Origin: Candidatus Hydrogenedentota bacterium
GTDB taxonomy: Bacteria; Hydrogenedentota; Hydrogenedentia; Hydrogenedentales; JAEUWI01
Length of the DNA: 64,000 bases
Reading direction: 5' to 3'
Assembly: GCA_034669905.1 (NCBI GenBank)
Contig: JAXMOL010000005.1
Location: 64,001 to 128,000, forward strand
Shown: positions 9,958 through 19,995 of the stretch, in pieces
How positions within the stretch are numbered: position 1 is the stretch's first letter
Layout: the number at the start of each line of letters is the position of its first letter
Notes under the pieces: model-generated
What the model saw: the letters and a program-made list of their open reading frames with translations, nothing else
The model's database searches: none
Told to the model about the DNA's origin: nothing
Made by a program: the position numbers and the translations under genes

Positions 9958-9974
9958 CGGCACAATTCTTGCGA
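9958..9974 (+). promoter_or_regulatory. Sigma-54 promoter upstream of the PEP-CTERM gene
   Basis: CGGCACAATTCTTGCG = GG-N10-GC with GGCAC and TTGC, ~80 bp before the ATG. Confidence 0.6.
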
Positions 9975-10053
9975 GCTTCTTGTACAGTTTTTTCCGGAGT
10001 TGACCTTCAAACCTGGGAACGTAGCACACGCAACAATCAACGAGGAGAGATAA

Positions 10054-10788
10054 ATGAAGAAGGCATTACTGTACACCACCGCCCTGGGAGTCGCGGGGCT
10101 TTTCGCAGGCACGGGCTCGGCCGCCCCAGTGGATCTATCGTCATGGCAGGCGGAAGGCAGTGGCACGTGGAATCTTGCGCCCGACAACAACTCCGTGTTC
10201 CAGACCGTCAATACGAACCTACCCACGGTGTTTCACAATGGCGTAGACAGCCAGGGCTTCTCCCTCTCCGGTGAAATCACTGTGGAAACGGGCTCAGACA
10301 ATGATTTCATCGGTTTCGTGCTGGGCTTCGATACGGGTGAAGTGACAAGTGCCACGGCCAACTACATTCTCATCGACTGGAAACAGACGTCACAGACCTT
10401 CTCTTCGGTCCCGTCCTCAGCTGGTCTGGCGATATCCCATGTGACCGGTGCCGCAAACTTTGATGACTTCTGGGGACACACTGGCGTCGTCAATGAACTG
10501 CAACGGGGCGCGACGCTCGGAAGCACCGGATGGGCTGACAACACCACCTACTCCTTCGACCTGGTGTTCAATTCGAACAACATCCAAGTCTTCGTGGACG
10601 GTGTGGAAGAGCTGAACATTAACGGCAGCTTTGAGAATGGCAGCTTTGGGTTTTACAATTTCTCCCAAGAAAGTGTCCGCTATGCGGGAATCGAGCAGAC
10701 GACCAACCCCGTCCCCGAACCCGCCACAGCTGCGCTCTTTGGCATGGGGCTCCTGGGCGCAGCCATTCGTCGCCGTATGAAGAAATAG
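10054..10788 (+). CDS. PEP-CTERM sorting protein with a thrombospondin C-terminal-like beta-sandwich domain
   Basis: Signal peptide; VPEP + TM + RRRMKK tail; DNDFIGFVLGF...IDWKQ motif. Confidence 0.85.
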   Translation: MKKALLYTTALGVAGLFAGTGSAAPVDLSSWQAEGSGTWNLAPDNNSVFQTVNTNLPTVFHNGVDSQGFSLSGEITVETGSDNDFIGFVLGFDTGEVTSATANYILIDWKQTSQTFSSVPSSAGLAISHVTGAANFDDFWGHTGVVNELQRGATLGSTGWADNTTYSFDLVFNSNNIQVFVDGVEELNINGSFENGSFGFYNFSQESVRYAGIEQTTNPVPEPATAALFGMGLLGAAIRRRMKK

Positions 10789-10908
10789 AGATTCAATCCA
10801 CCCGCTCCTCGGTCACAAGACCGTAAGGGGGTTATAAACTCAAATGGCACGTACGTCGTCTAACGTACGTGCCATAATTTTTTAAGCATGCGAAATTCGG
10901 GTTGAGCT

Positions 10909-11949
10909 TCAATTCAGCGCATGATCGGCGGGTTTTAGACCCCGGGTGTGCTTGCTGAATCCGAAGGGTGTGGGCTTGTAGTCTCCCACTATCGCCACAT
11001 TGGATCGTGCCGGAATCTGGTCTTCCAGCCCTACCCCCCAATAGGCCGCATTGACCAAAAGACGCCGAAGTCCCTCGCTGAGCAGATCCTGAGATGCGCC
11101 CATGGTCGTGGTAAAGATGCGGCCCGCCTTGCCCGATTTCCCGGTGTAGGTCTTGGTCCAGGCGATGGGATGCTTCACGGTCTTCTCCGCATGGGGCGGG
11201 TCGTCGGGGTTCATTCCCGTAAGCACGATTCCCTGTATCAGGGGTTGGCTGTCACCGGTGAGGGTGGTAATGCCATAGACGTCCGTACCGCCCCAGATGT
11301 CCTCACAGCCCTGCACGATGGGATGGCCTTTCGCCTCCGGAACGATTTCGCCCCGGGTGCTTTCCACACCATGATGACCGTAGTGGTTCACCCACGTCTC
11401 GCCCAGGACTTGCCGCCCGTAGCCCCCTTTAAAATCGTCCGCCGGGTTATTCCAGGTGTAGCGGGCGTAAGGACTGTCCGGGTTCTTGATGTAATTGAAG
11501 GGGTGGGTTGCCGTGCGCAGGGCGATGATGGGCTTGCCCGCATTGGTGAAATCGACAATATGCTTCATTTGCCCGTCGGGAAGCTCGCGGAAGCGGGTGA
11601 AGAGGACCATGAGATCTGCGTCTTTCAGCGCCTCCAGCCCGGGGATGTTGTCCAGGGTTTCCGGGTCAATCTCCCCCGTCTCCCGGTTGATGGAGAACAA
11701 CACGGTGCAGGTAAAGCCATGGTGCACCGCCAGTATTTTGGCCAACTGGGGCATCCCCTCTTCGGAGCGGTATTCCTCATCGCCCGTAACAAAGACGATA
11801 TGCTTCCCAAGCCCGGGCCCCTCCGTCCCCTTATACGTAACGCCGGCCGCGAAAACGGGCCCGGCCCCCAGGGAAAACAGGGTCATTGCCAACACAAACT
11901 TCCTGATGGATACCATACGACGTGCCTCTCCGTTCGTAAACTCGTTCAT
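10909..11949 (-). CDS. ThuA-like (trehalose utilisation) domain secreted protein
   Basis: VTGDEEYRSEE, LFTRFR, RTATH, PIAWT, FTTTMG; signal peptide. Confidence 0.8.
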   Translation of the reverse strand: MNEFTNGEARRMVSIRKFVLAMTLFSLGAGPVFAAGVTYKGTEGPGLGKHIVFVTGDEEYRSEEGMPQLAKILAVHHGFTCTVLFSINRETGEIDPETLDNIPGLEALKDADLMVLFTRFRELPDGQMKHIVDFTNAGKPIIALRTATHPFNYIKNPDSPYARYTWNNPADDFKGGYGRQVLGETWVNHYGHHGVESTRGEIVPEAKGHPIVQGCEDIWGGTDVYGITTLTGDSQPLIQGIVLTGMNPDDPPHAEKTVKHPIAWTKTYTGKSGKAGRIFTTTMGASQDLLSEGLRRLLVNAAYWGVGLEDQIPARSNVAIVGDYKPTPFGFSKHTRGLKPADHALN

Positions 11950-12034
11950 CCGTAGTGAATCGAAAGCGAATCACCATGGGATAGACTGGCGCACAGACTA
12001 AGCCCGAATCAAGTCGGTCGCGCCGGAGGCACCA

Positions 12035-12355
12035 CTATTTGCGCTTGCGCAGCTTTTTAATGCGGCTGTAGGCTTCGTTGAGCGCCCGCATGGTATCGCC
12101 GTCCCCCCCCACATCCGGGTGATGAAGCTTGGCCTTCTTGCGATAGGCCCGTTCGATTTCATCCCATTGGGCGGAAGGTGAAATGCCGAGCATGCGGTAG
12201 CACATATCCAGATCGCCGGCGGGCTGGTTGGGCTCGTCGTCAAATCGCTCGCCCCGCAGTTCCCGCAGGCCTCGGATAATGACGGGCCACAGCCCGGTGG
12301 CACTCAAGACAATAATGATTATGGCGAGGAACATCAGTTCTCGTGGTCCAAGCAT
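12035..12355 (-). CDS. Membrane-anchored J-domain (DnaJ-like) protein
   Basis: N-terminal TM; YRMLG...AYRKKAKLHHPDVGG...LNEAY. Confidence 0.88.
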   Translation of the reverse strand: MLGPRELMFLAIIIIVLSATGLWPVIIRGLRELRGERFDDEPNQPAGDLDMCYRMLGISPSAQWDEIERAYRKKAKLHHPDVGGDGDTMRALNEAYSRIKKLRKRK

Positions 12356-12423
12356 GGCAGTATTCGCTTCAGAGGTTTGGCTTCAGGTATGGAGCGCGAT
12401 CAGGGCGCGCGGCGAGTGAAAAC

Positions 12424-13251
12424 CTAGTGTTTCTTTCGATCGTTGAACTTGAATATATTATCCACGGCTTCCCCGACCTTGTCATTCTTTTTCGGCTTCT
12501 TGCTTTCTTTTCGGCGGTGGCTTCGCTGGAAGTTCACCACCAGCGGGAGGAGCTTCATATAAAGGAATCCCATGGCCATCCCCCCGAGATGGGTTTCCCA
12601 GGAGATGGAGGGGGCTGTCCGGCTGTAGATGATATTGACCACGAAGGCAATAATGACCAGTGCCCGCGCGTTGAGCGGAAACGGTATGGGAAAGAGGAAG
12701 AACTGCCGGTCGGGCTCTACCATGGCATAGGCCACCAACACGGCCATCACCGCGCCACTCGCACCCACAACCACCGGGGCCTTGCCCGTCAACACATAGG
12801 GGATCACCGTGGCAAGGACGGCACCGGCTCCGCAGATAATGTAAAAGCGAAAGAACGATCGGGTGCCAAGAACCCGTTCCACATCCGGTCCAAAAAAGTA
12901 GAGCCAGAGCATGTTGAAAAAGAGATGTAGCAGTCCGGAGTGGAGAAACTGATAGGAAACGGGGCCCCAGATCCATCCTTGAAAGAAGCGTCCCGGATGA
13001 AAGCCGAACCACGTATCCAGGTTACCTCCCGGCACACTGGACACCATGCCCACCATGATCATGATCGGATCAGCCAGTAATTGAACCGCGAAGACGATAA
13101 TATTGGCCAGGATAAGCCGCTGAACGGCCCAGGTAACTCGTGGACTCCCGAAACCTGCAGGATCCGCGTTAAAACTGAATCGATTCATGAAATTCTCAAA
13201 TGGTTTCGGCCCCTCGACTGGAAATTGGACGACCACAATAGGCCGGGACAT
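12424..13251 (-). CDS. Rhomboid intramembrane serine protease (start may be 13188)
   Basis: FLH..LLHLFFNM, GASG, HLGG motifs. Confidence 0.92.
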   Translation of the reverse strand: MSRPIVVVQFPVEGPKPFENFMNRFSFNADPAGFGSPRVTWAVQRLILANIIVFAVQLLADPIMIMVGMVSSVPGGNLDTWFGFHPGRFFQGWIWGPVSYQFLHSGLLHLFFNMLWLYFFGPDVERVLGTRSFFRFYIICGAGAVLATVIPYVLTGKAPVVVGASGAVMAVLVAYAMVEPDRQFFLFPIPFPLNARALVIIAFVVNIIYSRTAPSISWETHLGGMAMGFLYMKLLPLVVNFQRSHRRKESKKPKKNDKVGEAVDNIFKFNDRKKH

Positions 13252-13319
13252 GGTCGCCTGATCTGCACTGCGTCACCCACCCATTGTACCCGATTCGCCC
13301 GGATTGAAACCAAGTTCCC

Positions 13320-13874
13320 CTACTGACCAAGATGGTTGGTAAGGGGATAGGAGCCAATGCTTCCCAGTCGGTCATAGGGGAAATAGATGTAGCGCACGCG
13401 TCCGACGATCAGGGAGGTGGGATAGCTCTCCCCCGCATCGTGGCTGTCCAAACTGTTGTTGCGATTATCCCCTAAGACGAAGACGTGGTCCTCGGGCACC
13501 CGCACGGACGTGGGCATCTCATACTGCATGGGTTCGGCAATATAGGGTTCCGAGGCATACTCACCATTGATATGGAGGGCCCCGCGAAGGATGGAGATCT
13601 CATCGCCGCCCACCCCGACAATACGCTTTACGAAGTAGCCCCCCGAGCCATCAGGTTCACGGAGCACCACAATCTCCCCACGCTCATAGGAATCCTCGGC
13701 CATGGTCATGATCTGGTCGACGGGGAGAAGGGTCGGCTCCATGGAAGACGAAGGTATTCGAAAGAAGCGCGCTTCACGGAATCCAAAGACGTAGACGGCG
13801 CCAATCAGCAGGATGCCGACCGCGACATTGCCAACCGCTTTGCCCACAAAGACCGCACGCACATGATCCCACAT
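13320..13874 (-). CDS. lepB: Signal peptidase I
   Basis: SSSMEPTL, VKRIVG, GDNRNNSLDS. Confidence 0.92.
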   Translation of the reverse strand: MWDHVRAVFVGKAVGNVAVGILLIGAVYVFGFREARFFRIPSSSMEPTLLPVDQIMTMAEDSYERGEIVVLREPDGSGGYFVKRIVGVGGDEISILRGALHINGEYASEPYIAEPMQYEMPTSVRVPEDHVFVLGDNRNNSLDSHDAGESYPTSLIVGRVRYIYFPYDRLGSIGSYPLTNHLGQ

Positions 13875-13937
13875 CAGGTACAGCGCTCCTGGGCGCGATC
13901 GACACTCCGGATGTCCAGCTGCATTCCACGTAGATGA

Positions 13938-14918
13938 CTACGCTTCATCGTCGAGTCCGTCGATCAGACGCTGCACCACGTCGTTATCCGGAATGATTTT
14001 CTGGGCTTCCTCAAAGCAGCGCAGGGCGTCTTTGTTACGCCCTGCCAGTTTCCACATGCGGCCCTCATTGAGCCACGTGTAAAACACCTTCACCGGGGTG
14101 GGGGCATATTCCCGTGCGGCCTGCCACGCCTTGGCGGCGTCTTTCCAGTCGGCCTTAATTCCAAAATTCTCTGCAGCGAGGTAGTTTACGGCATAGTCTT
14201 CCAGGAGCTGATAGTCTTCCGGAGCCTCTTTCACGGCCCGACTGGACAGCTTCATGGCCTCTTTGTAGACTTTCTTCTTGGACCAGCCGCGCTGTTTTTC
14301 GACTTCCTGGCTGAAGATGAGATAATTCTGGGCCATGTTAAAAAGGAAGTCGGGATTCTTCGGCTCGAGTTCCAGGGCCCGGTCCATGTTTTGAAATCCC
14401 AGCGGATAACGGCCTACGTGGAAATAGTGCATACCCAGGTTGTTGTAGGGTTGACTGTAGTTGCTGTCGAGGGAGATGGCCGTATGCCATTCCTTGACCC
14501 CCTCCACCTGCTTGCCAAAGTTATCATAGAGGATATTTCCCCGGAAGTTGCGAACCCGGGCGTCCTCGGCATAGTTCCGGAGCCCCGACTCACAAAGCCA
14601 CGTCAGCTTCCGCAGGCATTCCTTCATTTCGAGCTGGTAGGCCGTTGCCTGTTCGGGAGAATCCGTTTTGCCGGAGCGGAGAATTTCGAGCAGCACGTTG
14701 ATCCGCATGACTTCCCGGTCCCCCATCGACTCCAACATCTCGACATACGCTTCTTTGTCCGCACGCAGGGCCTCCAAGGGCGCCAGATAAACCGTCGCCT
14801 CTTCAACGCCGGTATCTGGCTCGGGGGCTGCTTCCTGTGACCAGACGGGGCAGGCACTTAACAGGGTAAACAGGAGTGCGGAGCACACCACTCCAGGGAG
14901 TATACGTTGATAGGTCAT
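13938..14918 (-). CDS. Exported TPR repeat protein
   Basis: Signal-like N-terminus; YNNLG, ALELEP and FEEAQKIIP TPR motifs. Confidence 0.75.
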   Translation of the reverse strand: MTYQRILPGVVCSALLFTLLSACPVWSQEAAPEPDTGVEEATVYLAPLEALRADKEAYVEMLESMGDREVMRINVLLEILRSGKTDSPEQATAYQLEMKECLRKLTWLCESGLRNYAEDARVRNFRGNILYDNFGKQVEGVKEWHTAISLDSNYSQPYNNLGMHYFHVGRYPLGFQNMDRALELEPKNPDFLFNMAQNYLIFSQEVEKQRGWSKKKVYKEAMKLSSRAVKEAPEDYQLLEDYAVNYLAAENFGIKADWKDAAKAWQAAREYAPTPVKVFYTWLNEGRMWKLAGRNKDALRCFEEAQKIIPDNDVVQRLIDGLDDEA

Positions 14919-15011
14919 GCAGCCGATCCTTGTTGGTCGAAGAGGTTTCACATACCGTCCATAATACCATAACGGTATTGTCTGTGCATTCCGGGTACAG
15001 CCCATTTGAGG

Positions 15012-16259
15012 TCAGTTGACGTGATCGGGTGTGCACTCGGCAGGAATCGGGACCACGTCGCCGGATTCGACCACGACCACGCCCCCGGGGGTAACCCGAA
15101 AGTGCCGGGCATCCTCTTCCAGGTTATAGCCGATCACCGCATGCTCCGGTATATGGACACCTTTTTCTACGATAACCTTCCGCAGACGGGCGTGGCGGCC
15201 AACATCGACACCGCTGAACAGGACCGATGATTCCACGTGGGAGTAGCTGTTCACCCGGACACATGGCGAGAGCACGGAACGGGTGACCTCTCCCCCGCTG
15301 ATGATGCAGCCGTTACTGATAACGGAGTCGGTAGCGATACCATAGCGACCGTCCCGCTCTGCAAAGACGAACTTGGCCGGAGGGTGGGGCGGCTGGGTAA
15401 GCAAAAGTGGCCAGGACGTATCGTAGAGATTGAACTGAGGCTCAACCTCGACCAAATCCATGTTGGCCTCCCAGAGGCTGTCGAGGGTCCCGACATCCCG
15501 CCAATAGGGCGCCTCTTTTTTATTCTCATCGTGGAAGGGATAGGCGTAGATATTAGCCCCCTCAATGAGCCGGGGCAGAATGTCTTTGCCGAAATCATGG
15601 GTCGTATCATCCCGCGCGACGTCCGCGAGAACCGCGTTGCGGAGCACCTCCATATTGAACAGATAGATGCCCATGGAGGCGAGGGCTTCCCCCGGGTGCG
15701 CCGGATTGGGTTTGGGAGACACCGGCTTTTCTTCGAAGCCCACGATTCGGTTTTCGGAATCGACGTTGACCACCCCGTACCGGCTGGCATCCTTCAGGGG
15801 CACGGGCATGGTGGCGACCGTAGCGGCCGCCTCCGTCTGACGATGAAACTGGACCATCCTCTGATAGTCCATCTTGTAGATATGGTCACCTGAGAGTATG
15901 AGCACTTCCCGGGGGGATTCGCGGTCGATGGAATAGAGATTATGGTATATGGCGTCGGCCGTGCCCCGATACCAGGAATCGTTCACCCGCATCTGGGGGG
16001 GGATAATTTCAATAAATTCGCCCAACTCGAGGCGGGTAATATTCCAGGCGAAGCGGATGTGCCGCACGAGCGACTGGGACTTGTATTGGGTCAGCACATG
16101 AATGCGCCGACATTGGGAATTGATACAGTTGGCCATCGTAAAATCGATGATGCGATAGGTTCCCCCAAAGGGGACGGCGGGTTTGGCCCGGTTGCGGGTC
16201 AAGGGATAGAGGCGCTCACCGGCCCCACCCGCCAGAATCACCGTCAATACGCTCTTCAC
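15012..16259 (-). CDS. glgC: Glucose-1-phosphate adenylyltransferase
   Basis: LAGGAGERLYPLT, RAKPAVPFGG, GDHIYKMDY, FEEKP, YWRDVGT. Confidence 0.96.
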   Translation of the reverse strand: MKSVLTVILAGGAGERLYPLTRNRAKPAVPFGGTYRIIDFTMANCINSQCRRIHVLTQYKSQSLVRHIRFAWNITRLELGEFIEIIPPQMRVNDSWYRGTADAIYHNLYSIDRESPREVLILSGDHIYKMDYQRMVQFHRQTEAAATVATMPVPLKDASRYGVVNVDSENRIVGFEEKPVSPKPNPAHPGEALASMGIYLFNMEVLRNAVLADVARDDTTHDFGKDILPRLIEGANIYAYPFHDENKKEAPYWRDVGTLDSLWEANMDLVEVEPQFNLYDTSWPLLLTQPPHPPAKFVFAERDGRYGIATDSVISNGCIISGGEVTRSVLSPCVRVNSYSHVESSVLFSGVDVGRHARLRKVIVEKGVHIPEHAVIGYNLEEDARHFRVTPGGVVVVESGDVVPIPAECTPDHVN

Positions 16260-16338
16260 GCTGAATTCTCCTGTTATTGGTACCGTCAGGACACGGAAGC
16301 ACCGCCCCCGCCGTGCCGAACTGGGTACATTTCGCGGG

Positions 16339-17022
16339 TCAGGAAATCTGGGCCAGTCGTGCCAGGGCTTCGGGGTCCAGCACCGTCACGCGACGGTTGG
16401 CCATTTCCAGGAGCCCGGCTTCCCGCAGACCATGGAGAACCGAGGTGGTGGTTTCGCGGGTGGACCCGACCAGATTGGCCATCTCCTGGTGCGTCACCCG
16501 GATCGTTCGATCCTGCTCATCGCCCTGCCGGTACAGGCGCAGCAACCCGGCAGCGATACGACCACGGACCGAGCGAAAGACGGTTTCCGAGAGGACGTAT
16601 TCCACATCGTTGACCCGCTGACAATTGGCTTGGGCGACCGCGAGTGTCAGGTCGATTTCTTTGGCCAGTAACATACGAAAATCATGGGCGCCCAATCGAA
16701 TGAGTTCGACGGGCTCGAGGGCCTGGGCGCAGTTTCTGCGCCGCTCCCCTTCCAGCATACAATCCTCACCGAACATGTCGCCCGAGAAAAAATGTCGAAA
16801 GGTTAATTCACGGCCATCGCTGGATACACGGGACACCTTGACGCGACCTGAGCGGAGCCAGTATACAGAGTCGGAAAGGTCTCCGGGAAAGTAAACGGTT
16901 TGTCGGGCCGGCAACGTCTGCAGCTCTGCGCGGGACTCGATTTCATCTAACAGGGTCGTGCTGAGTCCTTTGAAGAAAGGCTCCGCCCTCACACCACACG
17001 GCTCCTCTAAAATTCCGATCAT
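16339..17022 (-). CDS. Crp/Fnr family transcriptional regulator
   Basis: cNMP domain (GDMFGE) and HTH THQEMANLVGSTRET; AAGGAG RBS before ATG 17022. Confidence 0.92.
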   Translation of the reverse strand: MIGILEEPCGVRAEPFFKGLSTTLLDEIESRAELQTLPARQTVYFPGDLSDSVYWLRSGRVKVSRVSSDGRELTFRHFFSGDMFGEDCMLEGERRRNCAQALEPVELIRLGAHDFRMLLAKEIDLTLAVAQANCQRVNDVEYVLSETVFRSVRGRIAAGLLRLYRQGDEQDRTIRVTHQEMANLVGSTRETTTSVLHGLREAGLLEMANRRVTVLDPEALARLAQIS

Positions 17023-17167
17023 CGGCTGTGCTCCTTCGCTCAGATACGCGAACTGCCCCAATCATCCAGCATTCATGTGCGAAAATACCCAGCTCCACTT
17101 TATCATGAAACCGGCAACTTGTCACGAATATACCGGAATTAGTGGTAAAAGCCGTGGCAATGGCGGT

Positions 17168-17359
17168 CTAGCTGTCAAAAAACTGTCGAAAAAGTGCAGC
17201 AATGACATCACGGTAGCTCAGGAAAAACACCGCGGTGAATCGAATGAAGAAAAAAAGTGCGGTGAGCAATATCCAGACGCAGAGCAGGGTACCAAGAAAG
17301 GGCCGCTGGGTGAGACGGGCTGGAGTCGCGCCCGGGGCATCCGAATTACTCGTGCTCAC
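17168..17359 (-). CDS. Small membrane protein
   Basis: GTG overlaps the end of the DUF2304 gene; one long hydrophobic segment. Confidence 0.45.
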   Translation of the reverse strand: MSTSNSDAPGATPARLTQRPFLGTLLCVWILLTALFFFIRFTAVFFLSYRDVIAALFRQFFDS

Positions 17360-17741
17360 GGGGGGCGCCCCCTTCGAGGCGGGACAAACGATGACTGAGC
17401 AGCGCCACCTCCTGGGCAAGGTCCCGGTTGCGTTCGGACAGTTTTGAGATAACTACGGTAAAGATCAGCACCAGCGACAGCAGGAACAGAAAGGAGGTGA
17501 TGTAGAACACGGTGAGGTACTGAAAGCCAAAGGCGCTGGAGAACCAGACCACGGTCTGGGGAAATACCCCGACAAAGAGTCCGCCGAGTGCGGCACCCAG
17601 CCAGAGCAGGGCGTAACGCTCTTTCAGATGACTCCGTCGAACCAGTTCCAGCACGACGCCCATAAAGACCATACTGACACACAACAGGCCAATTCGGTGG
17701 GAGAGGTAAAAACCTATGACTTCGGCGCCCGTTTCTTCCAC
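17346..17741 (-). CDS. DUF2304 family membrane protein
   Basis: LVRR..LKERYALLW...LAQEVALL pattern; directly downstream of a DPM1-like GT2. Confidence 0.85.
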   Translation of the reverse strand: MEETGAEVIGFYLSHRIGLLCVSMVFMGVVLELVRRSHLKERYALLWLGAALGGLFVGVFPQTVVWFSSAFGFQYLTVFYITSFLFLLSLVLIFTVVISKLSERNRDLAQEVALLSHRLSRLEGGAPREHE

Positions 17742-17751
17742 GGTCAATCCC

Positions 17752-18471
17752 CTATTGCTTGACGCCCACAGGCGCGTAACGTCGGAATATGTCAATGACG
17801 ATGGCCAACCCCACCTTGACCATATAATAGGCTGCACCGTGGGGCCGAATAGAGGTTACCCCCCCTTGACGCGGGTGCATCTGAACGGGAATCTCAATCA
17901 CCTTGAGGCCGTGCTTGTGCAGAATCACCAGCACCTCCGGTTCCGGATAGTCTTCGGGATAGTTTCGCGCCACAATCGCGATGGCATTGCGATTCATGGC
18001 ACGAAAACCACTCGTCGTGTCGGTAATACCGCCACCGATAAACAGGTCAACCCAGCGGGACAGGAGCGACTTCCCCACCCGCCGCAGAAAGCTCGGGTGA
18101 TAATCGGAATCGGCCACGTAGCGGGAGCCAATCACCACGTCGGCCGAGCCATCCTCGATTCGCGCCACGAGCCGGGAAATCTCTTCGGCCGGATGCTGCC
18201 CGTCGGCGTCACATTGGACCGCCACGTCATAGCCATTTCGCAGGGCATATTTGTAGCCGGTCTGCATACCGCCGCCGATGCCGAGGTTAAAGGGAAGGGA
18301 TAACAACTCCGCCTTTCCCTGTTGCCGGACCCGCGCAGCCGTGTCATCCCGTGACCCATCATCGACGACCACGATATCACAGCCGGGCACGGATGCCTGG
18401 ATGTTCTCGATGACGGAGACAATGGTGGCTTCCTCGTTGTAGGCCGGAATTATGACGAGTATGCGCGCCAT
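17752..18471 (-). CDS. GT2 glycosyltransferase (DPM1-like)
   Basis: IPAYNEE, DDGSRD, NLGIGG, DADGQH, DTTSGFR. Confidence 0.92.
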   Translation of the reverse strand: MARILVIIPAYNEEATIVSVIENIQASVPGCDIVVVDDGSRDDTAARVRQQGKAELLSLPFNLGIGGGMQTGYKYALRNGYDVAVQCDADGQHPAEEISRLVARIEDGSADVVIGSRYVADSDYHPSFLRRVGKSLLSRWVDLFIGGGITDTTSGFRAMNRNAIAIVARNYPEDYPEPEVLVILHKHGLKVIEIPVQMHPRQGGVTSIRPHGAAYYMVKVGLAIVIDIFRRYAPVGVKQ

Positions 18472-19469
18472 CAGGCTGCTCCGTTTCGCTTCATGCCGAA
18501 TTTCCAAAGTCCATGAACCAGGCCCAGTGCCCGCGCCAAATCGCGGACGCACAGGACGAACCAGCAGTATAACAGGTCGGGCCACGACAGGCGCGCGCGC
18601 AGTCGCCGCGTGATGGGCACATGGAGCAACCCATAGAGCAGCAACAGTCCCCCATAGAACGCGGGCACCCCCGGTGAGGCCAGGGAGAAGAGCCAGGATG
18701 CCATGGCAATCGGAGCACCCGCCGCAAGCACGAGCGACAGGGGTGGCGCCAGGAGATCGGGCCAGCCCGCATATTGGTCCCCCCCACCCGCACGCTGCGG
18801 GTGGTCGCGGTAGAGCTTAACCCGCCAGCAACCGTGCCGCGCCTGGGTCCGCAAATAGCCCGCAAGGCGCTCGGGGTGATGGTGGCCCACGATGGCCTCT
18901 GCGGTAAAGTGCAGGCGCCCCTGGGCATCCTGTAGTTTATAGGCAAGGTCGTTGTCTTCCCCCGAAGCCCAGCGGTAACTTTCCTCAAAACCGCCCACAG
19001 CATCGAAGGCCGCCTTGCGGTAGGCCACGTTAAAGGAGCCGAGAAAATCCACCTCCAGGCCAAAGCGGGCGTGTCGGGCGGCAATTTCCGCCTGAACCAC
19101 CCGAGCCAGGCGGGCATGGGCATTGATGATGTCGTAGGTCCCCCCGACAGCCACCACTCCGTTCTCAAAGGCAGCCACTAAATGGCGAATCCAATCGGGA
19201 CGGGGTACGCAATCGGAATCGGTGTAAGCGAGAATCTCCCCCCGGGCCACCCGTGCTCCGTGATTCCGCGCCGCGGCCGGCCCCTGGTTTTTCTGGGAGA
19301 AGATCTGGACGCCCGGCGTTTCCCGGGCTATGGTCGCCGTTTCGTCGGTGGAACCATCATCCACAACAATAATCTCCGTGTCGGGATAGTCCTGGGCCAG
19401 ACAGGCTTCCAGGCAGGCAGGCAGGGTACGGGCGCCGTTGTAGGCCGGGATGATTATGGAAACCAGCAC
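18471..19469 (-). CDS. GT2 glycosyltransferase with C-terminal TM helices
   Basis: IIIPAYN, DDGSTD, TDSD, GEDNDL. Confidence 0.9.
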   Translation of the reverse strand: MLVSIIIPAYNGARTLPACLEACLAQDYPDTEIIVVDDGSTDETATIARETPGVQIFSQKNQGPAAARNHGARVARGEILAYTDSDCVPRPDWIRHLVAAFENGVVAVGGTYDIINAHARLARVVQAEIAARHARFGLEVDFLGSFNVAYRKAAFDAVGGFEESYRWASGEDNDLAYKLQDAQGRLHFTAEAIVGHHHPERLAGYLRTQARHGCWRVKLYRDHPQRAGGGDQYAGWPDLLAPPLSLVLAAGAPIAMASWLFSLASPGVPAFYGGLLLLYGLLHVPITRRLRARLSWPDLLYCWFVLCVRDLARALGLVHGLWKFGMKRNGAA

Positions 19470-19506
19470 GAAGGCACTTCCTCTTTCCGATGATTCTCCA
19501 TCCCGA

Positions 19507-19995
19507 TCATCCCTTTCGCTCCCGTTGTACCCGTTCCACCATATTCCGCACCGCACCGATCAGGGGCTCTTTGTGAGGACGGTAGTCCGCCTTTACCGCG
19601 GGCGGTTTCGCGCAGGCTGCCGCCATTTCTCGCATGTCCACTACCTTCCGGCCCCAGCCACGTCGTTCAATGGCATCGGCGATTTCAATCTGATGGTCGT
19701 TCATATGTTCGTTAAAGCGCTTGAGACGGGGCACCGTCACGAAAGGCCGGCCCACGCTGAGGGCGTCCAGGGCGGTGCCAATACCCGCATGCCCCACGAT
19801 GACCCGCGCGTGGCGCTGAATTTCCAGGACCTCTTCCCGGGGCAGGAAGTCGAACCAGGCGCAGTGGCGGGGCCGGGTCGGGGACATCCCCAATTGGATA
19901 ATCACCTGCTCTCCGGAGTCCCGCGCGATGTCGTCCATCACATCAACAAGCCGTTTAAAGTCGAGAAACATGGTGCCCAGGGTCACGTATATCAT
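19507..19995 (-). CDS. Alg13/PssE-like GT28 C-terminal subunit
   Basis: IYVTLGT, HAGIGT, VPR...EH..DHQ. Confidence 0.88.
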   Translation of the reverse strand: MIYVTLGTMFLDFKRLVDVMDDIARDSGEQVIIQLGMSPTRPRHCAWFDFLPREEVLEIQRHARVIVGHAGIGTALDALSVGRPFVTVPRLKRFNEHMNDHQIEIADAIERRGWGRKVVDMREMAAACAKPPAVKADYRPHKEPLIGAVRNMVERVQRERKG

